From Balanoglossus misakiensis (Eukaryota > Animalia > Hemichordata): 64,000 bases of DNA. Shown here one piece after another: positions 41,301-52,814 of this stretch. Every line of letters starts with the position of its first letter. Positions within the stretch are counted from its first letter, which is position 1. The position numbers and the translations under genes are program-made. The stretch spans positions 696,814 through 760,813 of the forward strand of contig CM082585.2 of assembly GCA_040954595.2 (NCBI GenBank), given 5' to 3'. The notes beneath the pieces were generated by a model. The model was not told where the DNA came from. It saw only the letters and a list, made by a program, of their open reading frames with translations, and made no database searches.

Positions 41301-42372
41301 ATGGGCAGCACACTGTCCACTATGGCCTGGTTACTGTGTGCTCTGGTTAATGTTGACGCAAAGGTTGACCCCACCAAACACTCAAAATTAATGGGCAGCA
41401 CACTGTCCACTATGGCCTGGTTACTGTGTGCTCTGGTTAATGTTGACGCAAAGGTTGACCCCACCAAACACTCAAAATTAATGGGCAGCACACTGTCCAC
41501 TATGGCCTGGTTACTGTGTGCTCTGGTTAATGTTGACGCAAAGGTTGACCCCACCAAACACTCAAAATTAATGGGCAGCACACTGTCCACTATGGCCTGG
41601 TTACTGTGTGCTCTGGTTAATGTTGACGCAAAGGTTGACCCCACCAAACACTCAAAATTAATGGGCAGCACACTGTCCACTATGGCCTGGTTACTGTGTG
41701 CTCTGGTTAATGTTGACGCAAAGGTTGACCCCACCAAACACTCAAAATTAATGGGCAGCACACTGTCCACTATGGCCTGGTTACTGTGTGCTCTGGTTAA
41801 TGTTGACGCAAAGGTTGACCCCACCAAACACTCAAAATTAATGGGTAGCATACTGTCCACTCTGGCCTGGTTACTGTGTGCTCTGGTTAATGTTGACGCA
41901 AAGGTTGACCCCACCAAACACTCAAAATTAATGGGCAGCACACTGTCCACTATGGCCTGGTTACTGTGTGCTCTGGTTAATGTTGACGCAAAGGTTGACC
42001 CCACCAAACACTCAAAATTAATGGGCAGCACACTGTCCACTATGGCCTGGTTACTGTGTGCTCTGGTTAATGTTGACGCAAAGGTTGACCCCACCAAACA
42101 CTCAAAATTACTGGGCAGCATACTGTCCACTATGGCCTGGTTACTGTGTGCTCTGGTTAATGTTGACGCAAAGGTTGACCCCACCAAACACTCAAAATTA
42201 ATGGGCAGCATACTGTCCACTCTGGCCTGGTTACTGTGTGCTCTGGTTAATGTTGACGCAAAGGTTGACCCCACTGTGTACTCTGGTTAATGTTGACGCA
42301 AAGGTTGATCCCACGAAACACTCAGCATAATGTCCACTCTGGCCTGGTTACTGTGTGCTCTGGTTAATGTTA
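26325..42372. repeat. 16-kb satellite array, 90-bp monomer (about 180 units) with 74/75-, 60- and 41-bp deletion variants and higher-order duplications
   Basis: Monomer ggttaatgttgacgcaaaggttgaccccaccaaacactcaaaattaatgggcagcatactgtccactatggcctggttactgtgtgctct; explains all 30-aa repeat ORFs on both strands. Confidence 0.98.
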
Positions 42373-42604
42373 ATGGTAGGTCGTGGCTGTCTCATTTCAG
42401 GGATTTGTGGACTAAATGTCAATCTTTGTACTATTCGTACATGAAACTTTTCTTTCAAATACAACTTACAGACCAACATAGACAGTCATGCTTATATAAG
42501 TATGACTATCTATTAAAGTAACATTCATATCATGATTGTTGTTTTACACTGTGTTTTCAAAGTAATTGTTGCAGTAAACCAATTGCCTTGCTTGGAAATA
42601 TTAA

Positions 42605-42711
42605 AAGGGAAGTCCTGTCCAGCTGATTTATGCATAATTTCTACACAATGTTTTTTTCTGAAAGAATGACCTCAAAGCTACCCAATTATGTAGCTGAACC
42701 GGACTTCCCCT
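42605..42711. mobile_element. Short TTAA-flanked MITE (Kolobok-like)
   Basis: ttaa|aagggaagtcc...ggacttcccct|ttaa. Confidence 0.65.
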
Positions 42712-43012
42712 TTAAATGCTACCAGTGAGCTTGTTTGTCTTTGTAAATACACTCAAGTATTAATCCCCTTTTTCTCAGAATTCAATGCATCTTCATGCCA
42801 TGAGGTGAGAGGACACTTTTGTTAGCAGGAGGCAAACAAATTCAAAATAAATAATAACAGTGCAAAGTTGGTCTGCTGACTTTCTCCACATTTCATTATT
42901 GAATTACGGCAAAATTATGAAATCCAATTATGAAATTCAGCTTTTTGTCCATTTTTTGTTGCTGCAAATTCATTGCGGTATAAAGGTCAATAATATGACA
43001 AATCTTGGTTAA

Positions 43013-43197
43013 AAGTATACAGTCACCTTCAATACACATTCCCATATATGGCTGAATGGCGTATTTGAGCATTCTAAAGAACATATGGTGGCGCCTGTTT
43101 TCCACGTGTGCCACCAAATGAAAATCTGTGATTGGCTAGATTTCAATTTTCCATGGTAACTATATATAGCTAATTTTCCATGGGTGATCATATACCT
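43013..43197. mobile_element. TTAA-flanked MITE (Kolobok-like); related copy begins at 62735
   Basis: ttaa|aagtatacagtcacc...ggtgatcatatacct|ttaa; its reverse complement matches 62735-62850. Confidence 0.7.
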
Positions 43198-43226
43198 TTA
43201 ACTCTATAGTTTAACATGATACTTAC

Positions 43227-43412
43227 GAACACATGATTGGTTAAAAGTGTAGACATCATACATTGAGAGACCAGTTTCTCCAGGTGGCAGATAGAATCCA
43301 CCTGTGCCGTTATTTGCATATAAGAGATAGCCTTCTTCACAGGAACATTGAAAACCACCTGCAGTGTTTTTACAAAGTTGATCACAAGAATGTGAAGCAC
43401 ATTCATTTATAT
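43227..43412 (-). pseudogene. uif-like exon: Ca-EGF with Uif-type insert
   Basis: ctttgtag|ATATAAATGAA...GTTC|gtaagt; DINECASHSCDQLCKNTAGGFQCSCEEGYLLYANNGTGGFYLPPGETGLSMYDVYTFNQSCV. Confidence 0.9.
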
Positions 43413-43933
43413 CTACAAAGAAGGAACATGGATTGGATTAAAACAATGTACGTTCAGTAAAATTGAAAGTATTGCCATTTTTTTTAATCGTGAATTTTGG
43501 GATTATCTTGTGTACGTACAAGATGAATCTGTGATAAAATAAAGGCGTCACCTTGCTTGCTTTTGAAATACAAGGCCATTAATTTAGTTGATAATAGAAG
43601 AAACCTGCTGACTCAGCATGGTTCACCAATGGTTTGTCTATGGACAAAAACCTTAAAGAAATTTATCTCAAAATAGAGCATTGTAACCACACAATTTTAT
43701 TTGACCAATGAATTTATATTTACTAGACTGAGCTATGTGTAAAATTTCGTGAAAATGACAATAGTAGAAGTTTGTTTTCTAGCAATTATCAATGTAATCC
43801 TATGAGAAAAAGACACCTGAGATTAAAAGGTCATTCCAAAAATTTATCTGGAATTCTGAAATAAGTTCGGAATGTGTTAAATGTGAAAATAGTGACTTGA
43901 AGTTATGTTGCAAGTGACTTGTTTATGTCTCAC

Positions 43934-44062
43934 CTTTGCATGCTGTTCCATTCACATCTGGTTCAAATCCCACCTAACATGCACACTGATAGTCACCATC
44001 TCTATTTTCACAGACTTGATTGATTCCACACGGTGCCACCAATGTACTACATTCATTGATAT
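43934..44062 (-). pseudogene. uif-like exon: Ca-EGF with in-frame TAG
   Basis: tttcag|...AAAG|gtgaga; DINECSTLVAPCGINQVCENRDGDYQCAC*VGFEPDVNGTACK. Confidence 0.9.
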
Positions 44063-44340
44063 CTGAAATGTTATTCATCAAGATATGATCAAAATCCCAC
44101 AGGTCCACTGGTAAATTCATACCAACAAGTTTAGCTGGGAACCACCAGACCAACAGGACATTTTCACAAACAAATTTTCGCGAACTATGCAAGAGCCAAA
44201 AAAAATCATACCTTCTATCTCTGTACTGGTCACCACGCCCTCACCAATCACAATTTCGGGACAGTCTATCAGAACAAGGATCACAATGATAAGAATGCAT
44301 GCAGACAAATACTTAAACTCATAAATGTCAGTTGTTTTAA

Positions 44341-44564
44341 AGTGAAGGGGTCGTCGCAATGCGTTTGTTTATAAACATTACAATTCATCTAGAAATCCCT
44401 CAAATAAGATAATTCTTAGAATGAACGAAGCAGCTGACAGTATCCTAGACTGGCCTTGACAGCAACTGAAGATCCTAGTAGGTCGTGGCTGTCTAATTTC
44501 AGGGATTTGTGGATGAATTGCAATGTTTATAAACAAACAAACGCAGTGCGACGACCCCATCACT
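44341..44564. mobile_element. Palindromic TTAA-type MITE
   Basis: agtgaaggggtcgtcgcaatgcgtttgtttataaacatt...aatgtttataaacaaacaaacgcagtgcgacgaccccatcact; flanked by ttaa and ttat. Confidence 0.75.
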
Positions 44565-44785
44565 TTATTGAGTGTGATACAAGAGTGTTGCCATTCCTGT
44601 CAATGGTCCAAAAATGCATTGCAATTGTAAGAAATTACTGTCTCTGTTTTTCCAGCTCTTTGAAGTTTCGTAAAAATTCAAAAACATTTGCACCTTTCAC
44701 TTAATGACTCTAAATCACAAGGAATAAAGGGAGAGTGTGTTTCTAAGAATTCTGTAACAACTTTTTCTGAAATGTTAGTAAGTTA

Positions 44786-45671
44786 CTGTAAAACACTTTA
44801 TTTTCGCGAGCAAGAGATTTTCGCGAAATACGCGAGAGCCAAAATAGCGTGAAAATAAAAAGTTGCGTAATTTTTTAGAAGATAAAGATGCAATGAATGA
44901 AATAAGAGAACGCGAAAATTAATACTGGCGAAACAGTGGCCTCTCTCGATGTCGCGAAAAATTTCAACTCGTGAAAATAAAGTGTTTTACAATATGTGTA
45001 CCTGGTGAAAATGAAGCCCTGAATCCTTTAGCTGGTCGTGTTCTACTACTCCTGAACACAACCGAAAAGTGTCCAATGTCTGTACGGCAATCGGGTGGTG
45101 GCACAGTGCCATCAATGACTCCATCAGAATTGCCACTCCATGGACCAATAATGACATCATCATCACTCTCAGTACCATTGTATACCTTCAGAAACAAAGA
45201 CAAATTAAGCATGCATTGTAAATACCGTAAAACGGGATATCTTCACAACAGGAAATTTTCGCGATATCAAAGGTGGCTACTGTTACGCGACAATTAATTT
45301 TCACATTGCCATATTTTACTGCATTGTTATCTCTGAAGCATTTTAAGCGACTTTTTATTTTCATATTTTTTGGCTCTCACATAGTTTACGAAAATTTATC
45401 GTTCACGAAAATTTTATAGTATTCAATCCTTGTTGCATTTCCTGCTGTAACAGCTACTCAACATACTGTAAAATGGGAAATGTTCGCAAACAATAAATTT
45501 TCGCGATCTACGTGAGAGCCATCAAAACATGAAAATAAAAAGTTGCGTAAAAATGTTTTTCGGGGATAATGATGCAGTGAAATACAAGAACGTGAAAAGT
45601 TATTGTTGCATAACACTTGCCTCTTTTGATATCGCGAAAATTTCATGTTGCAAAAGTATCCCGTTTTACAG
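44786..45671. mobile_element. Three cgcgaaa-family TA MITEs (44786-44991, 45225-45419, 45466-45671) around a CUB exon
   Basis: ta-c(t/c)gtaaaa...tttta(c/t)a(g/a)-ta termini; similar to 13412-13609. Confidence 0.7.
45002..45185 (-). pseudogene. uif-like exon: CUB3, C-terminal half
   Basis: tttctgaag|GTATAC...CCAG|gtacac; VYNGTESDDDVIIGPWSG...FSVVFRSSRTRPAKGFRASFS. Confidence 0.85.
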
Positions 45672-45838
45672 TATATATGTGATTAATTAAATTTCCAAAT
45701 TGTGTTCCAAAGTTGTATAGTTTGAAGTAATGTCTGCCAAAATTGTCAAACTAAAATCACTGCAAAATAATATGACAATTTTTTTAATATGACAAATATT
45801 TTTAACATGGCTGACTCATGATCATATCTGATACTCAC

Positions 45839-46023
45839 AATGATGTAATCAACATCTGTGTTCCTCTCTAATCCAAAGTTCTCATCAAAGATAAGAGTTA
45901 ATGGTCTTCCAGTTGGTTCCTTGATTAACCAGCTACACATAACATCATCAGGGTAAGTGCTAACATCATACCCTGGTGACTGAATCGTGCCAAAACTACG
46001 CAGAATTTCAATTCCCTGGCAAC
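45839..46023 (-). pseudogene. uif-like exon: CUB3, N-terminal half
   Basis: ctttaaag|GTTGC...ATT|gtgagt; CQGIEILRSFGTIQSPGYDVSTYPDDVMCSWLIKEPTGRPLTLIFDENFGLE. Confidence 0.9.
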
Positions 46024-46031
46024 CTTTAAAG

Positions 46032-47504
46032 AAACAAGTGACCTATCGGTCAAAAGAGCTCTGCTGACTTTAACAGTGAAACCTATAGCTGGGCAATGAT
46101 ATGAATACCCTAGGTTTTAATCATAACAATTGTATTCTATTAAACAAAACCAAACATAGACATCACAAGTATTTAATATCCACATTCAGCTTGATTCATT
46201 GTGCTAAAGAAATAAAGAATTTATTCCTAAAGAACAACATCAAAAGGAAGTACCAAGGTTCTAATTTGCATATTCATGACCCGATCAAAATTCCAATAAA
46301 ACAAAATCAGGTAGGGGCACCATAACACACATTCCTACTAAATTTTAGCGCCATCGTACATGTAGTTAGGGAGAAGAAGATTTTTGACCAAAAATTCTAT
46401 TTTTAGATCTAATTTGCATATTTATGACCCAATCAAATCCAAATTAACAAAATCAGGTAGGGACACTATAACACACATTCCTACTAAATTTCAGCTCCAT
46501 CGTACATATAGTTAGGGAGAAGAAGATTTTTTACCAAAAATTATATTTTTAGATCTAATTTACATATTCATGACCCGATCATATCCAAATTTATAAAATC
46601 AGGTAGAGGCCTCATAACACACATTCCTACCATATTTCAGCTCCATCGTACATGTAGTTAGGGAGAAGAAAATTTTTGACCAAAAATTCTATATTTAGAT
46701 CTAATTTGCATATTTATGACCCCATCAAATCCAAATTTACAAAATCAGGTAGGGGCACCATAACACACATTCCTACCAAATTTCAGCTCCATTGTACATG
46801 TAGTTATGGAGAAGAAGATTTTTTACCAAAAATTCTATTTTTAGATCTAATTTGCATATTCATGACCCGATCATATCCAAATTTATTAAATCAGGTAGGG
46901 GCACCATAACACACATTCCTACCAAATTTCAGCTCCATCGTACATGTAGTTAGGGAGAAGAAAATGTTTGACCAAAATTCTATTTTTAGATCTAATTTGC
47001 ATATTTATGACCCCATCAAATCCAAATTTACAAAATCAGGTAGGGGCACCATAACACACATTCCTACCAAATTTCAGCTCCATTGTACATGTAGTTATGG
47101 AGAAGAAGATTTTTTACCAAAAATTATATTTTTAGATCTAATTTGCATATTCATAACCCGATCATATCCAAATTTATAAAATCAGGTAGGGGCACCATAA
47201 AACACATTCCTACCAAATTTCAGCTCCATCGTACATGTAGTTAGGGAGAAGAAAATGTTTGACCAAAATTCTATTTTTAGATCTAATTTGCATATTTATG
47301 ACCCCATCAAATCCAAATTTACAAAATCAGGTAGGGGCACCATAACACACATTCCTACCAAATTATAGCTAAATATGCAATGTCGTTTTAAAGAAGAAGA
47401 TTGAAATACCAAAAGTTGACGGACGCCGGACGCCGGACGACGGACGGACACTTATCAACCTACTGCTACAGCTTGGCTGACACAAGTGACAGCCGAGCTA
47501 AAAA
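46032..47504. mobile_element. Complete HINE/Pearl-like element with about 8 tandem ~145-bp core repeats
   Basis: aaacaag head with short hairpin (tgacc...ggtca); core repeats at about 46260-47400 alternating as a ~290-bp dimer; (GGAC)n microsatellite; terminal hairpin gcttggctg...cagccgagc plus A-run. Confidence 0.8.
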
Positions 47505-47881
47505 TACCAAACAAGGAATAATGAATTCAATCCACAGGTTTGGTGTAATCCTGGCTGCCTTTTATTTTGTGCTAGGGGATCAAATCACATAATAATTGCC
47601 TTCTGGATAAAAAGTCGTACGCGACAGAAGAAATGACTGTTAACTGTATATGACTTCCTTAGGTCAAACCTTTCTGTCGTTATACATGTAGTTATCAAAT
47701 TAAACTCATTTAACTTTTTTCACATTTTGTTATTTTTTCTGTTAAAAAGTTCCATAATGACCCAGTATCAGATTAGCTTATATTATAAACTTCCAGAAAG
47801 AATTGCAAAAGAAGATAGATCTGTGATCCTTACAATTCTTACTGGGTTGAAATTCTTTGGGAAGGATTTTAAGTGACTTAA

Positions 47882-48461
47882 AGGGACAAAGTTTCTCTCA
47901 CTCGCTGCCCTTTTTCCATTAACTATGTTTGATACAAGACACTGTTTATTTTATTCTACATGTGGATATATAGTGAATCAACATTCAACCACGCACAACT
48001 TCCATCCCGTTTGTAGGATATGAGAGTAAAAATATTGCCAAAATTAAGTAGTTTCATAATTTTATTGGTATTTTAAAAATGTTTTCCTGTTTTTTTGTTT
48101 ACTTTTTTATTTTTTTTTCTATTTGTTGATTGTAATGCTGCATGGCGTTTACCAGTCATTTCAGTTTTTCAGTTCTTTTACTATTTTTATTCTTTAAGTC
48201 TCTCTCTCTCGCTGCCCCTTTTCCATTAATTATCGTTTGATTATCGTTTATGTTATTCTACATGTGGATATATAGTGAATCAACATTCCATCCCGCTTCA
48301 TTTTGGGCGAGATTTTTACTCTCATATCCTAAAAATGGGATGGAAGGTGTGTGTGGTCGATTGTTGATTCACTATATATCCTCATGTAGAATAACATAAA
48401 CGGTGTCTTGTATCAAACATAATTAATGGGAAAAGGGCAGCGAGAGAGAGAGACTTCGTCC
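47882..48461. mobile_element. Rearranged copy of the 1502-1849 Kolobok-like MITE
   Basis: ttaa|agggacaaagt...gacttcgtccct|ataa; a second left-arm copy restarts at about 48197. Confidence 0.8.
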
Positions 48462-48904
48462 CTATAAGGACACCTTTAGCATTGATGAGGTAATATAAGA
48501 ATACATCTGATAAAGAATATTTTCACATCCCAATAAACCAAAATCAAAAACAACTGGAAGAGCCGTTTCTGACATAAGTGGACTTTTGGACCAAAAATGT
48601 CTAAAACTACCCACCCCCCTCCTCCCCAGTATTGATATTTGTCACATGTTTATGTACACCATAATAACAAATATTGTAGGTCCTTGTAAACCAAATTTTA
48701 AGAAATCGGAAAAGTGACTACTGAGATTTGACCAGAAATGACAAAAATAAAATGTATTTTTAAAAATATAATTACTAATTTTTGTCATGCTGTAAAACAA
48801 CTCACACGATTAATTGCATCTGAATCCACTAATAACATGAAATGAGTTGTGAAAAAGAGTACAAATATGAGTTCATCTACATGTACATGTAGTCTTCTAT
48901 TTAC

Positions 48905-49056
48905 CTGTAAAGTGACAACAAATTCTGTTGTGAATGATGCCAGCTGCCAGTTACAATCTTCATTGTTGAGATAATTCTTGCCTTCAAAATATTCTGTACT
49001 GCTGAGATTCTGTTTATATGACTGTGCTATGAAATTCCCACCACACAAAGAATACA
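48905..49056 (-). pseudogene. uif-like exon: CUB2, N-terminal half
   Basis: ctttcag|TGTATTCT...TTACAG|gtaaat; LCGGNFIAQSYKQNLSS...NYLNNEDCNWQL...VVTLQ. Confidence 0.9.
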
Positions 49057-49349
49057 CTGAAAGAAAGAAGAAGTCATCTTAACAGAAACACTTCACAAAC
49101 AGGACATCAGCAAGATCACAGTCGAGGTAGGGCTAATATTGCCTACATGTGCAATCTATAATGTTATACCAGGTTCACGTAGGGTAAAATTCGAAACGTT
49201 TCAGAGACACTATTTGCCTAAGGTAAACACAGAGCATTAATGCTTTTAGTTGCCTTGTGTCCACACATGCAAAGTTTATGTGTAGTTCGCGAAAATTTAT
49301 CGTTTGCGAAAATTTCCAGTTTTACATTATGTATAAAACTTGGTATTAC

Positions 49350-49551
49350 CTGCTTGCCAAGATGCTTCAAAGCCAGTAGCAGTATGCGAACTATCTGAGA
49401 GAAATTTCACCAACATTGCATTACCACTGCTAATAACTTCATCAGGCTGGTCCGGTCCACTGTATGTAGCAAGAACTTTGGATGGGTCAAACACAGACAC
49501 CTCGACAATGACAACAGTATCATGATAAAGTTCAGTGTCAAAATGTAGAAA
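49350..49551 (-). pseudogene. uif-like exon: CUB1, C-terminal half
   Basis: cttttcag|TTTCTA...GCAG|gtaata; FLHFDTELYHDTVVI...YSGPDQPDEVISSGNAMLVKFLSDSSHTATGFEASW. Confidence 0.9.
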
Positions 49552-49642
49552 CTGAAAAGAATAAAAAAAATGTCACAACACACATCATAAATAGTGAGCT
49601 GTCTCAAGCCAATATACATGAAAATAAACACAGTTTCATGAC

Positions 49643-50628
49643 TTAAGCCCCATTAGCTGTAACTTTTTGCATTTTTCAGTATTTCTATTCTGTGTATCAA
49701 TTATAGTTTCTTGTTCAGCTACGCAGGGCAGAGTTAAATCCATAGTCTTAACTTCTCAACGAAACCTATGAGGGCACAATCGGCATTGTTGTTGTTTGAA
49801 AACATTCGTAAATAATAACAACAGTCAGTACACATACACATGACTCGTTGACAAGCAGAGAGCTGGGTGTGATGGGTTACTCATGAGGAGAGGAACAAGA
49901 AAAAGTGTTTCATTTAAATTATAACACATGATAGCGAGGGCAATATCACGATTTGAAGCCTGCACGAGGGATGGTGATCTCTGACCATAATATTGATGAT
50001 GCCCGAGCCGCAGGCGAGGGTATCATCAATATTGTGGTCAGAGATCACCAGCCCGAGGGCAGGCTTCAAATCGTGATGTTGCCGGAGCATAATGTGTTAT
50101 TAATTTTATTACGCCGAACATTTGAACGTACATACACTGCAGCATGTAGCATGTAGACTCGCGTCCATATGTCGTACGTTGCTGAGAATGTAAAATGTCT
50201 CGATCTCCCAAGAATTATACGATACCTACTTCGAACTTAGATTATTTTGAAAATACTGCGCTGTTGGTTGCGATTTTGGTGTATTTACTGCCCGTTTGCA
50301 GTAAAATATCATCCAGTAGAACAGGTGTTAAGCCTGTGTGTCGCTTTGAAGCCATATAGATGCGGGAGTTGACTGATCTTGAAGGAAGCCATTGAACGAC
50401 AGTTTGGAACGCGCAGAAGTCGTGCCCAGAACACCAAAACAACCCAGCGGGCAATATCAGCGCACGCGACAGGGCTTTATCAACTCTAGCCATGTTATAT
50501 CACTTTTTTTCTATATCACGTGAGCGCGTCTCAGCCAATCACGAAAACGGTATAATACGTGAGGTGTAATAAACACAAAACAAAATTACTGATAAACTAG
50601 CCTGAAGTTATAGATAATGGCCCTTTAA
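49643..50628. mobile_element. TTAA-type MITE containing a nested element
   Basis: Imperfect TIRs ttaagccccattagctgtaac...gttatagataatggccctttaa. Confidence 0.5.
49916..50573. mobile_element. Non-autonomous element with long terminal hairpin (Crypton-like)
   Basis: ~180-nt hairpin at 49921-50100 with loop cccgagccgcaggcgaggg; then tttattacgcc (50105), which pairs with ggtgtaataaa (50563-50573). Confidence 0.6.
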
Positions 50629-50875
50629 TTCAAAAGTTTACCAAAAATCATGTTTGTTATAAGGAAGAAAAAAATCAAATTATTTTTTTTTAGTTGAAAT
50701 GAATTTAAATCTAATACATGTGTCTGTTTTTTTTAAAAAGTGTTTGTATGTCGAATGGACGGGAAAAGGTGTTTTGTATAGGCAGGTTTCCAGATTAGAC
50801 AGAGTTAGTGGTTTATGCAAGTTTTACTGTAAAAAATAACTGGTTTTGGAATTTGACAGTTTACAAGTGAGCACT

Positions 50876-51000
50876 TATTCTGGATGTTGCAGGTCCCTGG
50901 ATTGTCCAAATACATTCTTGTAGAATGTAATAATTATCATCTGGGTATCCAGTGCTGTGAAAGGTCCCCGATTCACCAGTTTCCAAACCACCACATGTTC
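50876..51000 (-). pseudogene. uif-like exon: CUB1, N-terminal half, 3' end disrupted
   Basis: gatattcag|GAACATGT; GTCGGLETGESGTFHSTGYPDDNYYILQECIWTIQGPATSRI; no phase-0 GT donor before a stop. Confidence 0.85.
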
Positions 51001-51313
51001 CTGAATATCATTAAAATAAAAAGAAAGAGTATGTTTGTGTGATGTATGGTCATAAAGATTCAGCTCATCAAGTTGACGAAATTTCATTGATGATAAAATT
51101 ACTTCACCAACAGTGAGTATCCAATGTACATGTATAAAGCAATGTTTGTATTAGTATAAATCAAATGTAAACATTTTGAAACGACATTTATCACACCCAA
51201 AAATTCCAAGAACAGCATATTATGATTCTCTAATCTCAAACTATCAGTGTGACAGATGCCAGATTCTTAAAATACTTGGCCCAGTTTTGTTTCTGATTTA
51301 TATTTATGACATA

Positions 51314-51504
51314 CTGTAAAACAGGAAATTTTTCATGATATCAAAAGTGGCAACTGTTATGCGATGATTGATTTTCGCATTCTCATATTTCACGGCATTG
51401 TTATCTTCGAAAAACATTTTTACACAACTTGTTTATTTTCGCGTTTTTTTGGCTCTCGCATAGTTCGCAAAAATGTATCGCTCGCGAAAATTTCCTGTTT
51501 ACAG
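51314..51504. mobile_element. cgcgaaa-family TA MITE
   Basis: ta|ctgtaaaacaggaaatttt...aaaatttcctgtttacag|ta. Confidence 0.75.
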
Positions 51505-52484
51505 TACCAAATTCTTTGAGGATCAGACTTTCTGCTGACAGTTCAAAAGTAGTCTTTAGTTGCAAAGGAGATGATCATACAATTAAACCACGATCGTGAC
51601 GTCACACTATTCAATAGACAAGTCATTCACTGAGAGAACCTCCGTCTCACACAAAACCACAGGTTTAAAACCAAGTCCCGGGTAGTTCTAGAACTACCTC
51701 CGGGGGTTCTAGAACTACCGCAGGACTCAGTCTCACCTGTCGTAACAAAAATACAAATACACAATGCTTTATTTGCATAATTACATTTACTTCTATACCT
51801 GTATTCAAAGTACATTTCATTTGAATAGAGTAATTGTTATGTTAATTGAAAGCGAACTGGATATGCGACAGTCTCCGGATCATTTCATTCAATGCTTCAC
51901 ATTCACAGTTTTGTCTACTGACGTACAAAGCTAATGTCTTGGTGGCTCTCGAGAGTCTTCATAACATGATAATAAAAGTATAAAATAGACAAAAATCAAT
52001 TCACCAGAAACAAACTAACGTTGCAATAAATTAACTACAAATTTCTAGAAAATTATACTAAATCACATTATCCCCAGATTTGCTTGTATTACTCTAACCA
52101 GATGCTTCACTTCGATTTTGCTTCACTACCGACATGTAACAAGGTTGGCTGTTTTAGGCCTACTGTTTAACAAAACCCGCGTACCTTGCAAAATTCTGCT
52201 TACTTTTTGTTGCTGTTCACCAGACGTGGGTTTGTAATGTCGGACGGATTCACTTCGGTATCAAGTCTTTTCGCAGATGAGTTACTCACCAATATCGCTA
52301 CCATACAGACGCGTTGCCGCTGCGGCTCGTAGAGAGTGGTTCGTTCAAAAGCCAGGGAGGCCAATACACAGACGGGCAGTAGTACCATGTAGAGCATTGT
52401 TACCCGGTTTTTGCTTTAACAACATGTAGCCGCTTGTTTTCGCAGATGATATAGATCGGAACTACATGTATCTTCAGATCAATT

Positions 52485-52561
52485 ATATAATATTTAAAGC
52501 CTCGTCACTCCGCTCAAGGATTATCCTATTGTTTAAGTATTGGGATCGGGATGTTCATTGT
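52485..52561 (-). repeat. Split direct repeat B2 (77 bp), 3' terminus
   Basis: Matches 52815-52891 with one mismatch (ctcgtcac vs ctcatcac). Confidence 0.95.
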
Positions 52562-52699
52562 GGAAATCCAGAAGCGAAGTGATTAAGACATTCAAGGCGA
52601 GGGTGGGTGGGTGGGAAATTTTGACCCGCCTGTGCCATGAACATACATTCCACCTGATCAGCAATACCCCTAAATTGTTCGCAGTTCTTGCCCTCTTCC

Positions 52700-52814
52700 T
52701 CGGTGCCTAGCCAAGGAATGACACTGTATCTTGTCTTCACTTAGCTTTTATATACTTCATGAATATTAATGAGATATCGCGGATGTATTTCGCTCAGTAA
52801 TGAGGCTTTGAATA
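52700..52814 (-). repeat. Split direct repeat A2 (115 bp)
   Basis: Identical by eye to 58661-58775. Confidence 0.95.

Noticed and set aside
26421-42290. Long 30-aa-repeat ORFs on both strands as real genes
   Set aside because: By-product of a 90-bp stop-free satellite; interrupted by 74/75-bp frameshifting units and stops; no unique N- or C-terminal domain.
26325-42372. CRISPR array (also considered for the 50-bp and 37-bp repeats)
   Set aside because: No unique spacers, no cas genes, eukaryotic context; these are plain tandem repeats.
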